In this document: positions 13,002-25,364 of the stretch, in pieces | Numbering within the stretch: position 1 is the stretch's first letter | Layout of the letters: each line of letters opens with the position of its first letter | Origin: Octopus bimaculoides | Lineage: Eukaryota | Length of the DNA stretch: 64,000 nt | Assembly (NCBI RefSeq): GCF_001194135.2 | Contig: NC_068993.1 | Location: 2,546,603-2,610,602 of the forward strand | Direction: 5' to 3' | The notes under the pieces: generated by a model | What the model was told of the DNA's origin: nothing | Databases searched by the model: none | Seen by the model: the letters and a program-made list of their open reading frames with translations, nothing else | Translations under genes and position numbers: made by a program

Positions 13002-14025
13002 GCAATAATCAGAATAACACGCGAATAAAATGGATAATTTGTGTCTCACAAATATGTTTTACACTACTCTTTCGACATTGGTATATTAAGTTAAGTTTTC
13101 AAAACACATCAAATAAGCATAGAAATTTGGATTTAATCTGTCTGGATTTTTCTGAAGCCATAGAATTTTTTTTTTCCTTCATAAAGCCAAATGAAATTCA
13201 ATGAAATTTTAAAATCGAGATATTTCTGTAGTTTCCCAAAGAAAAAATACTAACAAAATCATATATATATTGTATATATGCCTATGTATTAATNNNNNNN
13301 NNNTATATATATATATATACATATATATATACATATATGTGTTGCTTATTTTGATTATATATATATATATATATATATGATATATCATATATATATATAT
13401 ATATATATATGATATATGCAGATGATTTAAAGAAAATTAGTGAAAGAAAGAACATGAAAGAGAATGAGAGACAAACAGTGAGTGAGAGAAAAGTGTGTAT
13501 ATATAATTGAAAGAAATGAAAAATTGAGAAAAAGAAGTGTATTAAAGAGAAAGTGCAGAAAGTGCGAGAGAGAATGGCAATTGAATTTCTTGCAAGAATT
13601 CTTCGGTTTCTTCATAGTGAACCAAAGAAATTTGAATGAAATGAAGTATATTAAACAATATTAACTAATAATGGGATAATAAGTCTGAAAATATACGCAG
13701 CTGCTTATCAACTTGCGGACATATGGAACAAAGTCTATAGGAATTCTTTATTTTTTTTTAAAAATAAGGAACAGCATTTATCAATTTATTTTATATTGTT
13801 TTTGTAGGCATTAATTCATACGGTAGCATGTCTTGTTATAAGGAAAAAACAGACGAAATGCAGTGTACTCATAAATAGCTGCACCTGGAGGAGTATTTAC
13901 ATATTCACTCTCCATAGAATACGGTTACTCCTGTGGGATTCATGTGAAGAAGTGAACAACCAAGAGGCTAGTGACCAATATGTGCCAAGCTCTCTTTCTT
14001 CTAATATTCATCAAACAATTTACTA

Positions 14026-14130
14026 ATTGGCTGTGTTGTTAGAAGCCTTGTTTCCCAACCACATGGTTCTGGATTCAAGTGCTATTGCATTGTAACTTGG
14101 GCAAGGTTCTTGCACAATAGTGTCGAGCTG
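14026..14130 (+). mobile_element. SINE family A head, decayed
   Basis: GGCTGTGTTG...TTTCCCAACCACATGGTTCTGGATTCAAG...CTTGGGCAAGG. Confidence 0.7.
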
Positions 14131-14153
14131 GTCATTTTCTTCTAGTGCTGGTG

Positions 14154-14357
14154 TCAATGAATGGTTGAATGACCAAATCCAGGCTTCTCTGCTAGTTCCC
14201 AAACACTTACAATGTGATTTTGTTCCACCAGGGTTTGTAGGGTGTCCTCATCCAGCTCTATAGATCTTCCAGGATGAGGCTCATCTTCCAGGCTGTAGTT
14301 TCTGGCTTGAAATTTCTGGAACCACCTTTGACACTGGCTTACGCTTATTGTCCGAAG
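14154..14357 (-). mobile_element. Mariner (Tc1/mariner) transposase N-terminal HTH fragment, non-functional
   Basis: Translation RTISVSQCQRWFQKFQARNYSLEDEPHPGRSIELDEDTLQTLVEQNHIVSVWELAEKPGFGHSTIH matches the mariner pattern WFxKF...LEDEPRSGR...L...ELAE; isolated fragment, no TIR seen. Confidence 0.9.
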
Positions 14358-14391
14358 ACACACACACACGCATAGATATATACATACTTAC

Positions 14392-14454
<63 letters not shown>

Positions 14455-14455
<1 letters not shown>

Positions 14456-14555
14456 TGTGGGCTTCTTTCAGTTTCCACCTACCAAGTGTACTCATAAGGC
14501 TTTGGTTGCCTCAAGGCTATAGTAGAAAACACTTGCTCAAGGTATCATATATTGG
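14455..14555 (-). mobile_element. SINE family A, partial
   Basis: GCTTCTTTCAGTTTCC...AAGGCTTTGG...GGCTATAGTAGAAAACACTTGCTCAAGG is the reverse complement of the family A centre. Confidence 0.75.
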
Positions 14556-14751
14556 GAGGGGGGTATAAACTATTGCTTGAAAATCTCTTTGGTTTGAACT
14601 ATTTCAACAGTGTCAGAAGGTAATATGAGTAATACACACACACACATACATACATACATACATAATACATACACACATACATACATACATACATATATAC
14701 ATACATATTTACACACATACATACATACACACATACATACATATAAACAAA

Positions 14752-14862
14752 AATGCCCTGTTGTTGAGTTTGAAATTCCAATGAAGGAGCCTTGAATCTA
14801 GGTTAGAAACCGGCTCTTTCTTTACTGACAAGAAATCTTGAAATAAAACTGAACAATGACAT
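14752..14862 (+). repeat. Dispersed repeat family H, copy 1
   Basis: CCCTGTTGTTG...GAAATTCCAATGAAGGAGCCTTGAATCTAGGTTAGAAAC...TCTTGAAATAAAACT is nearly identical to 47470-47568; both copies sit in microsatellites. Confidence 0.85.
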
Positions 14863-15529
14863 ACATACATAATATATCCACATATATATTCACACATGCA
14901 CACATGCGCTCACACTGACACACATAATATATATAATTTCTATACTTCATGCACAGGGCTTTAAAAATAAATTGCTCCGTCTCTCTTCCCTTTCTTTCCA
15001 TTTCTAAACATAGAACATTAGAACAATATAAAGTTTATGGGTGCAGCTCCAATTTGATACACAAACTTTCCATCATATCACTATAAAACAGTATTTAATA
15101 CCACTGAATTATATCCAAATATAACACTGCTACACAAGGAAATGTCACTAATATTGTGTTGTAAAATTTAACAATATTTATGGCTATTTAAAAGCATTCT
15201 CTAGATATCTTTAGCCTGTGAATGAGATAGAAATAGAAAGTTCTGAATTATATGTAAAAATATTTATTGAGATTTTGAAACTCTTTGGTCTTGCTTAGAA
15301 ATATTCATAATTCTGTTTGGCCATTTTTATTATTCTGTGAATGTACATGTAATTATATTTTCAAATATGCTGTATCCCATTGTATTGCCATTATATTCTC
15401 TTGCTCTGTAAGTTGGCTGATTTCATAAGCTATTCCGAATTACTCAGTCATCTGTTCAACTAATTTTCTTTTGTTCGCTTTCACAGTAGAACGTCATTAT
15501 ATTTATTGTTTTAATTTGTTATCTTTTAG

Positions 15530-15650
15530 CTGTACCAGTTAATAAACTGTGGCCATGCTGGGGCACTGCCTTGAGGAATTTTTTAGTGAAATAAATTGGT
15601 TCCACTACATTCTTTAAAGCCTGGTACTTATTCTATTGGTCTCTTTGGTG
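15530..15650 (-). mobile_element. SINE family A, 3' part
   Basis: TGTGGCCATGCTGGGGCACTGCC...CCTGGTACTTATTCTATTGGTCTCTTT is the reverse complement of the family A tail. Confidence 0.7.
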
Positions 15651-16704
15651 TAGTGTGAAATANNNNNNNNNNTATATATATATTGAATTTTTTACTTCTC
15701 TTACAATATAGTTTGTAAACTCCTGGTGATATTCATCTGGGAAAGTCATAGAGTCACAATTACCTCCCCTGCCCTGAAGTCAATAAATGTACTCATTTAA
15801 ATAATGAAAATGATGAGAAAAGCTGACTATTGTCACCTTCATGTAATAATACTTATGAGGGGACAATTAAAAGAAATTTTTCGCCTCAGTATCTTGGGCA
15901 TAGCAGCTAAATCTCACTCCAAGGGCACAGTAAGACTATCTCAGATAATACAGTCCAAGAAACCCCTAAAGCATGGCAGTTCATGTGTGAGGATACATCT
16001 GAGCATAACATTCCACAAATAGGAATGATCTCTGCTCAAACAACAACTGATACAGTATTACACATAAATCTCAATGTCTCTCTACAATGTTGCACTAATA
16101 AGTACCCTGGGGAGATGCATTTCAATAATGAAAGAAACAGAAATGGTATATAATTAAAATATGTCTTTTATTTGCTCAAATTCTCACATGAGCTAAGAAA
16201 GATGACAGGAAATTCTTGTAATATATCTCCTTTCCAAATTAATACATGGACTGACAGATAATCAGAGCCCTATTGATTTTAACAAAGGGGAAACAGTAAT
16301 TGCCACATGGAAGACTACAGCAAGGGAGAGATAGGGGGTGATGCTGGTAGATGAGGAGTTAGCAGTGATCGCTATGTAAAAGAAATTCCATCATTAATGA
16401 ATATTAAGTTGTAAACGTACCCCCACCCTCAGCTCGGCACCAGAACAATTGCCTAAAAGTTTCTAAATTGGTTTTATTCCTAAATGCAAATCATTTGCTG
16501 TCTTGGAAAACGAAATAAGAGGGAAAAAATGTAAAGTGAAAAAACAAACAGAAAGGGAAAATTTTCCAGAGTTTTGACAACTAAACTATATGAAGTTATC
16601 TTTCCATACATACACACACACATATATATACATACACACATAAGCATGCATATATATACATATAAACACACACACACACAAACATTCATACCTACATACA
16701 TGCA

Positions 16705-16764
<60 letters not shown>

Positions 16765-16926
16765 TGCACGCACGCACACACACGCGCACACACGCGCACA
16801 CACATATATAATAGGCATATATGTATGTGAATATTTTTATATAATATTATGCATATACATATACACTTATACACTATATATCTATCTATCAATCCATCTA
16901 TCTCTCTATATATACATACATGCATG

Positions 16927-16960
<34 letters not shown>

Positions 16961-16976
16961 TATATATAATATATAT

Positions 16977-17010
<34 letters not shown>

Positions 17011-18476
17011 GTGTGTGTGTTTGTATCTTGCTAGTACATTAAAAATAATGGTGAACATTCTAGGAGGTAAGTTTGAATTGGTTTTGCGAATATCTTATTT
17101 TCAGCTAGCTTAATCTAATATAAAGCAAAATGCTACAAAGGATAATATGACAAAAAAATTGATTGAATTTAAAATCTAAAAACTAGTGATAAAATAAAAA
17201 AAGTCAACCCTTTAATAAGAGTAAAATATAGAAGGATTTAGGAAGTCTTTAAGGAAATTTGATATAGGCTTTTTATGTTGCAATATAGGAGTTATTAGAT
17301 TTAAGTTCCAACATATTTCTCATTAGATATAAAAAATAAAAAAAGAATAGTGATTTCTGCTTTCCCCTCATTCATTGAATCATCAATTATTTTGTTGAGA
17401 TACGATAATGTTTCCTTGTTTAATTATCTATCTACTTTACAGAGATGCAGATTTGCTTCCTTCCCTTATACATTGTATGTGCATTTTTTGGTGGCATCAG
17501 ATTCTTTTGGTAGTTATTGATCTTTAGAAAGAAGCTAGCATTATTGAAACATGGAATGAGATATGAGAAGAATTCATGGCATCACTGCTCTTGAAAATTC
17601 AAAGATTTGCTCTAGATTTTCAGAATATATATTTTCCTTCCACTAAAATCCTTCAAAGGATGGCATTCCTGAAACCTTGTGAGACATAATATAGATATAT
17701 ACACACACATACACACATGCATATATATGAAGAGAGAGAGATTGTTTTACTTCTTTTTGAGATTTACATTGATACATATACGTTCTTGTTAAGGATAATT
17801 TTTATTCCAGTATTGCTAAAGTTTCAACTATATCGTCCATAACTAAAAGAATTAAGACGATTTTAGAGAAAACTTTCTTTCTCATAAACAAGCTATGAAT
17901 TTTCATATGGAAGAACTTACTGCTGCAATATATTTGGTCAGGGAATTGTTTGGTTGTAAACAAATAATATTTTTTAACATAAACTCTAAATATCATAAAA
18001 AAGAAAACGTTTGATTTAGCTTACTTTCCCTTTCGATTTACTTTAGATAGTGTACGTGTGGATTGTTACAAAGACCAACCTTGTTTAACCCCTCATCAGC
18101 AAGTTATAATAACAGGTCCTGCTAACCAATGCTCAGATGGATTACTATAGAGACGTTTCTGCTTATTGGTGTCTGATCAAAAGGTGTTCTATAATTACAA
18201 ACACTTTGTTAGCTTCCAGCTCAAAATTCAGGTTTGCTGCCTCATAATATAATTATAAAGAGATACACATCTCGTATTTAAATAACAAAATGGTGGGCTC
18301 GAAGAGATACAATATAATCAACATCAGAAATAAACGCAATTTAGTTAAATGTGCTAACTAGCAAAAATAACTAATATTATTGCTAGAGTAGTAAGGGCAG
18401 GTAAGAGAGACAACTGTAAACGTTTCTGGTTATGTGGCTTCATCAGTAGAAGTATAGCATTCTATTCATTCCCTAG

Positions 18477-18640
18477 CATTGGTCAATGTTTTCCATAAAT
18501 GTCACTCTATTAAGGTTATGCGCCTTTCCCTTCCATTGGTCAGTTGCAGTTTAGACAGTGTCACATGATAAATAGGTGGTGCTGGCTGCTGGAGCCTACC
18601 AGCGAGTATTTAAAGGGAAATTTGGCAGGATGGTCAGTCA
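18477..18640 (+). promoter_or_regulatory. Candidate RNA polymerase II core promoter (two inverted CCAAT boxes, TATA-like box, Inr)
   Basis: CATTGGTCA at 18477-18485 and 18534-18542; TATTTAAA at 18607; TCAGTC initiator with A at 18636 (29 nt after TATA start); local CpG retention; second TATAAAG at 18828. Confidence 0.5.
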
Positions 18641-18894
18641 CCCGCTGACATTCGTTGATGTTGCATTGAAGAGGCCAGGGAACAGAAGAAAGAGAAAGAA
18701 GACATGCACTCAACACCAGAGCTGAAGACACCTCCGAAAGGGGGAGGGCACCACATCGAAAACGGTAGAGGAGTAGGGTCCGAAACCAGACATGGTTCCT
18801 CCTGAGGATGTCTTTAGCCACTGGGTCTATAAAGGAGCTGTTGAGGTAGCAAACCATGAAACGCGGTTGGAATTCCATTCCACATGAATAGATA
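18636..18894 (+). other. Candidate first exon of an unidentified transcript
   Basis: Starts at the Inr and ends at donor GATA|GTAAGT (18894/18895); GC-richer unique sequence with several short upstream ORFs. Confidence 0.35.
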
Positions 18895-19228
18895 GTAAGT
18901 ACTACTACTTATCAAGTTGGAATATATGGCAAGTACAGAACTATTTAATAGAACAGTGATGTATGGTACATTACAATATAAGAAAAGCAGAACGTTTGGA
19001 AGTAATACATAAACGAAAATGATATTGAATTTTCAAAAAAAAAAAGGGCTGAGTACAAGGAAAAGAAAAAGTGCTTTGTGTAAGGAATAAAACTGCCTAA
19101 AAGTCGGGCAACAATTAAGATACAACAGCAAAACAAAAGAAAAAGAGGGAGAGGTGCTGGAAAGAAGAAAAAATAAAAATATAAGAAATTCTACTTTCTC
19201 AGAGTAGTCGAAATCTCAAAATGGGAGA

Positions 19229-19479
19229 TGTTGTGATGAGAGTTATGATGCCCCTTGTGAGAGACAGACTGGTCTGAGTGAAGTATAAATAGTAACTATC
19301 CCAGAGTTTGGAGCCGAGTGAAGTTGATGTTAGTTCACAGTGAAGTTGGAAGGTGTTGGTTGGTTAATTCACAAGGAATATTAATTGTCAATTCGTTAAG
19401 AGATCTGTTAGTTCATTACATTTTTGTTAGTGTTGTCTGGTTATCTTATGCATTGTACATAACATATTATGTTACAACA
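19229..19479 (+). mobile_element. Candidate solo LTR
   Basis: 251 bp bounded by TGTTGTGA...TTACAACA (TG...CA, 6-bp perfect inverted termini) with internal TATAAATAG; no clean target-site duplication or AATAAA. Confidence 0.35.
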
Positions 19480-20269
19480 GTATATATATATCAATATATA
19501 TATATATATGTATACTTATATGTACATATATCTATATGTATCTGTGTGTGTGTGTGTATAGTGTATAAACATATGTATGAAATGCAAGCTATTTCATGTG
19601 GAAATGCAAACTTAGGACCAAATCTTTGATGAAAGAAATAAGAAACATAAGAAAAAGAAGGAAAACTACAAAAATACTAAAGAACTAAAGGAATCACCAA
19701 TCTGCTCATCTAGACAAGGGGTTATTTGCAACATTTTAACCAGTAATTAAGAGATAATAGATGGGAAAAATTGGAAAAGGTTGCTAAAATATTCTGTTTT
19801 ATCTCAAGGAAAACTATAAATATATATTTGCTTTTATCACTAAAATCATGAATCCTTATATAAAAAAAGAATACAAATAAAAAAAATCAAGACAATAAGC
19901 AAAACAAAAGCTTCTTCCACCCATGCCACCTACACAACAAATTAAATAAAATAAGAATAATAAAAAGAATGTGTCTTATTGTTTTCTCTTGTTCTTTTGA
20001 AGTGAAAGCAAACATGAATGTCATAGATAGCTTGTCTTGCAAAGTGTAAATTAAAAACAAAATATGCTATTTTAAATTTCTTCTTGATCTTATTTAGCTA
20101 GAGGGCCATGAGAACTAAATGACTATTTTTAAGATGTTAGTAATTGTTGGTATGATACTAATTAAGAATTTCGGTTCTCTTTCTCTGAAGAAGAAGGGAA
20201 AAAAAATATTGCCCTTCATTGATACTTGCTGTTATTTTTGTTTACTCTTTGATACACACACACACACAG

Positions 20270-20314
<45 letters not shown>

Positions 20315-20363
20315 TACATATACATATACATACATATATATATATACATATATACACAGACAT

Positions 20364-20400
<37 letters not shown>

Positions 20401-20630
20401 CATACACACATACACATACATATATATACATATATATATACATATATATATACATATATATATACATATATATACATATATATATATTTATATATACCTA
20501 TATATATATTTATATATATATATATATGTATATGTGTGTGTGCATGTGTGTTTGTATGTGCCTTGCTCTCTGTGTGTTTCACTGTATATACATAGGTGCA
20601 CATACATACATATATAACATATGTATATAC

Positions 20631-20712
<82 letters not shown>

Positions 20713-20739
20713 TGTGTGCGTCTATGTGTGTATGCATGT

Positions 20740-20787
<48 letters not shown>

Positions 20788-21622
20788 GTGTGTGTGTGTA
20801 TATACATTTAGATATCTATGTATAGATATAAAATTTTTCTGCTACTCACATCATTTTTGATTCTCTGCTGTAAAACTTACCAGAAGCTGTTAAAGAATTC
20901 TTGCTAGAATCACACCTGCAAAGTACTGATGTCAATAAATAATAGGTGTCTTCACTTCAAAAACAGGAAAAATGCAGTTTTCAACTACGTTATCCATTCA
21001 CTAAAAACAAACAATATTTTCTAGTTTCCTCTCCGTTGTCTTGTTTATAATATATTTACATTTATCCCTTTGCATCCCTTCCATTTTTCTCTCTCTCTCT
21101 GAATTTGTGTATGAGCATGAATATATATATATACATATACATATGTATTCATGTATGTATGTATGTATGTATGTATGTATATATATATATATTTGTGTAT
21201 GTTTGTGCGTGTGTGTGTACATATTCATAAACATACAATTGCTTATGTGTAAGACCCATCTATCTCAAGCAGAAATGTAGTCTTGTCAGACCTTTCCCCA
21301 CAACTCGTCTTCTAACACCTATTTCTCCATCGATTTTTTAAATTATGGTACTACTTACTCAGGTGCTGTAAATGATGCCATTTCCAAACCCCTTAACACT
21401 TCACATTGTATTCCTACCACTGTCCCTTATTATCTCCTTCTCTTTCCTGATCCATTCTTATTCTCTCCACTTCAACTGCATCCACTTCAAACCTCATCTC
21501 TAATCTTCTGTCATACTCACTTCACACCCAAGTGCACTTACCTCCCTATCCTCCCTTTCTCTTTCTCTGTCCCTATTCTTTCTCTCATTTGCACCTTAGA
21601 CCTTCACAGTTCACCCTCAACA

Positions 21623-21653
<31 letters not shown>

Positions 21654-21744
21654 TTCCGACTGGGAAAGCCATGAGTTCACCTCTTCAGTAAAACAGAATT
21701 GTTCAAGTTGTTCTGTCATAATTTCACCTCCTTCTATTCCGGGG

Positions 21745-21860
21745 TTGAGTGATCTTGTCTTGTGGTTACTCAATAACCTCAGTGGTTGGTGTTAGGAAGG
21801 AAATCCGGCCATAGAAATCATGCCAAAGTAGACATTGAGTCGGAGGGTTTGACAAGAGCT
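21745..21860 (+). mobile_element. Retroposon family C, partial
   Basis: GTGGTTGGTGTTAGGAAGGAAATCCGGCCATAGAAATCATGCCAAAGTAGACA. Confidence 0.65.
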
Positions 21861-22544
21861 AACAAGCCAGACAGCCATACCAACTTCTGGTGTCTGTTTT
21901 GGCATTATTTCTTCTGCTGGATGGCTTTCCTATATATATTTTTTGTTTTTGTTTTTGTTCTTTCTTAGGAATTAAAACCAAAATACCTGAAGAATCCAAC
22001 TTCTTTAGGCAGCCTAAGAAATACCCCTATCTCTCTAGTCTCGCATTTATCTGCTATTATATTTATTCCAAGCAATATCGCTAGCTAAGTAGCCTTGGGT
22101 TATGTATTTCTTAAAGATAAACAAGTTTAATTAATTGTCATGGAGTCTAGCAGATCAAAAGAATCCAGGGAAAAAACAATTGACTGATTTTTAAATGCAT
22201 AAAATGACTAATTGCCATGGTGACGAAATTCCCTACAGGAACATGTGGCAAATGATATCATTTAAAGAATTACCATCAAAGTATATGAGTAGGTGGAATG
22301 GTGTAAGAGAAAGTAAAAATTAGAGTACCAATATTTTTTCAAAATAAATAAGAAAACAAATGAAGACTAATAACATCTTTAATTAGTTAAATCTATTATT
22401 AAGAAACAAAAGTAACACTAAAAAACTCAAAATAACAAAGAAGACAAATCATAAAGTAATCCAGGAATCAAACGATGCAGATCTGAGAAACATTTGAAAG
22501 GTATTGCTTGAATTTAGATAAAGAAGTAGATGCACCTAAGAAGT

Positions 22545-22660
22545 GGTAGAGGTGGTGGTGGCGGCGATGGTGGTGGGGGTGGCGATGGTGGTGGTGGCGA
22601 TGGTGGTGGTGGTGGTGGTGGTGGTGGTGGTGGTGGTGGTGGTGGTGGTGGTGGTGGTGG
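22545..22660. repeat. (GGT)n array
   Basis: Direct inspection; source of poly-P/poly-G/poly-V ORFs. Confidence 0.95.
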
Positions 22661-24294
22661 TTGCAATAAAAGCAATGATGGTGGCAGTGGTGCTTGCAGT
22701 GGTTGGGGTTGGGAGAGGTGGTAGTAGTGGTAGTGGGAGAGAATATAATGGAAATGCTTAAGACAAAGGACTGAGTACATAACGAGGTTAATTTCTCATT
22801 ATATGAAGTAATTTTCTAGGATATTAAACTGGAAAATCCTCCTGCAACTATAAACAAACATTAATTATAAAATCAAGCTACAACAATCACAAGATATTAA
22901 GCCTTCCATTAATATAGAAATAGAAATATACATACAGGCAGACACACATGTGTGTGTGCATATATATATATATATATANNNNNNNNNNNNNNNNNNNNNN
23001 NNNNNNNNNNNNNNNNNNNNNNNNNNNNNNNNNNNNNNNNNNNNNNNNNNNNNNNNNNNNNNNNNNNNNNNNNNNNNNNNNNNNNNNNNNNNNNNNNNNN
23101 NNNNNNNNNNNNNNNNNNNNNNNNNNNNNNNNNNNNNNNNNNNNNNNNNNNNNNNNNNNNNNNNNNNNNNNNNNNNNNNNNNNNNNNNNNNNNNNNNNNN
23201 NNNNNNNNNNNNNNNNNNNNNNNNNNNNNNNNNNNNNNNNNNNNNNNNNNNNNNNNNNNNNNNNNNNNNNNNNNNNNNNNNNNNNNNNNNNNNNNNNNNN
23301 NNNNNNNNNNNNNNNNNNNNNNNNNNNNNNNNNNNNNNNNNNNNNNNNNNNNNNNNNNNNNNNNNNNNNNNNNNNNNNNNNNNNNNNNNNNNNNNNNNNN
23401 NNNNNNNNNNNNNNNNNNNNNNNNNNNNNNNNNNNNNNNNNNNNNNNNNNNNNNNNNNNNNNNNNNNNNNNNNTATATATATATATATATATATATGCAT
23501 ATATATTTGTACATATGTGTATATATATACACACACATATATATATATTAGTGGATTATTAATTTTTATTTAATTTCTTCAGGTTCTAGTAATTTAATAG
23601 CTACAATTAATTTTCTAATGAATAATGACCTTAATTTATTTCTTGAAAGCATGTCACATATTTTAAACCATATCTATCTTTCTGCACAGTTACCTACCTA
23701 CCTGCCCACCTATGAAACAACCTACCTGTCTATCTTCCCATCTACCTATCTTCCTATCTACCTATCCACTCAGTCTACCTGCCTTCCTCTCTAATTACCT
23801 ACCCACCTACCAACTCGCATGTATGCATGTCCATTGCCTCTGTGTATGCATCAGTATAAATGAAAAGTTGTTTGTTAATTAACTCTTTAAATCAACAAAT
23901 AGATTAAGCAAATGTACCTAGGAACACTATCTGCACAAAACCTAAGCAGCAGGGTCATTTGTGACATGCATAATTTGGTGAACCAAAAAATTTTAATTAA
24001 TTCAATTATATCAAAGTAATGAAAAAAATATTAGTTTAATGATCAATTTTACTTAAGAAAGGCAAGGGAGACAATTCTGCAATTTTTTTCAGATCCACCT
24101 TGGCTGCTTTTATCTTCTAATCTATAATATGAGTGGCCATGTATCACCTTTGTAGCATGAACCCTGTTCTGTTCTGGCCATTTCTCTCATACTTTAACCC
24201 TGCATTCTGTGGCATGAATGCTTCTCTTTTGCTACTCACTTAGTTGAAGAGGATCCTAGTCATGAAGGCTGTATAGCAACCACTCGAGTGCTTG

Positions 24295-24478
24295 TGCTAT
24301 AGGAAAAAGAAAAACACCAAGTACTTCCTGTAAAGGGATTGGCATAAGAAAAGACATTCAGCAGCAGAAGCCACACCAAAGAAGATATGCACAATGCAGT
24401 CTTCGGACCCATGAGATCTTGTCAAACCGTCCAATCCATGCCAGCAAGGAAGATGGATATTAAATGATGATGATGATT
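24295..24478 (+). mobile_element. Retroposon family C with (GAT)n tail
   Basis: GTCAAACCGTCCAATCCATGCCAGCAAGGAAGATGGATATTAAATGATGATGATG. Confidence 0.7.
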
Positions 24479-24814
24479 CAAAAACAAAACATGTCCATAG
24501 TTGTTACCATATGTATGAAAAATTAATTTCACTCTTCACCACAATGACCATCTTCTATTTTTAATTAATATTAATAAATGACAACATAGAGTTTGTTTTC
24601 CCCACCTTAGTTGATTTTCTTGTAGCTAAAATGTATAATTTTAATTGGTTAATATTCATTATTTCATTATTTCAGTTAGTCACAACCTGTTTCACCATTA
24701 AACCATGCAATTCTTGATTTATAAATGCTCTAATCCTCAAAACATGGTTATTGTTTATTTTTAAATATTTTACCATTAACATATGCATTTGATATTTTAC
24801 TGAACTATTCCATG

Positions 24815-25364
24815 TGCAAGGGTGTGTCAAAAAGTAATGCCATTTTGTTTAGGACAGGTATAATTACCAACACAGGAACATGTATCATGCATCAAAATGA
24901 AGCTGGTCCTCTGTGGATCACATCCCTACTTCTCAACATAGTCACTGTTTCTCTCAATAGCAATGTTTCACCTTCGAATGAGAGCATGTATCCCTGCCCC
25001 ATAAAATTCTGTTGACTGCTCTTTGAGCTGCTTCTTCACTATAGTTTTCACTTCCTCGCCACTGGACTATCATCTCTTTGGCCCATGAAAGAGGGTTTGA
25101 GGCTAACAGTATTCCAATGACGAGGAAGTGAAAACTGTAGTGAAGAAGTGACTCAAAGAACAGTCAACAGAATTTTACGGGGCAGGGATACATGTTCTCA
25201 TTCGAAGGTAAAACATTGCTCTTGAGAGAAATGGTGACTATGTTGAGGAGTAAGGATGTGATCCACAGAGGACCAGCTTCATTTTGACGTATTATACATG
25301 TTCGTGCATTGGTAATTATACCTGTCCTAAACAAAATGACATTACTTTTTGACTCACCCTCGTA
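24815..25364. mobile_element. Palindromic non-autonomous mariner derivative (two transposon 3' ends in inverted orientation)
   Basis: Arms ~24817-25065 and ~25114-25362 are ~250-bp inverted repeats; right terminus CTCACCCTCG-TA (mariner-type TIR plus TA); arms encode the mariner C-terminus, e.g. NDEEVKTVVKK*LKEQSTEFYGAGIHVLIRR*NIALERNGDYVEE*; spacer encodes DYHLFGP-MKEGLR (frameshifted). Confidence 0.92.

Noticed and set aside
18561-18878. 105-aa minus-strand ORF in unique GC-richer sequence
   Set aside because: No recognisable motif; the promoter and splice signals here point to the plus strand, and higher GC alone makes stop-free runs likely.
21290-21615. Purine-rich minus-strand tract suspected to be a LINE endonuclease remnant
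   Set aside because: Too decayed; no catalytic motif could be read.
22545-22740. G-rich (GGT)n tract as a G-quadruplex element
   Set aside because: Two-G runs in a simple repeat are ubiquitous in this genome type; nothing specific to this locus.
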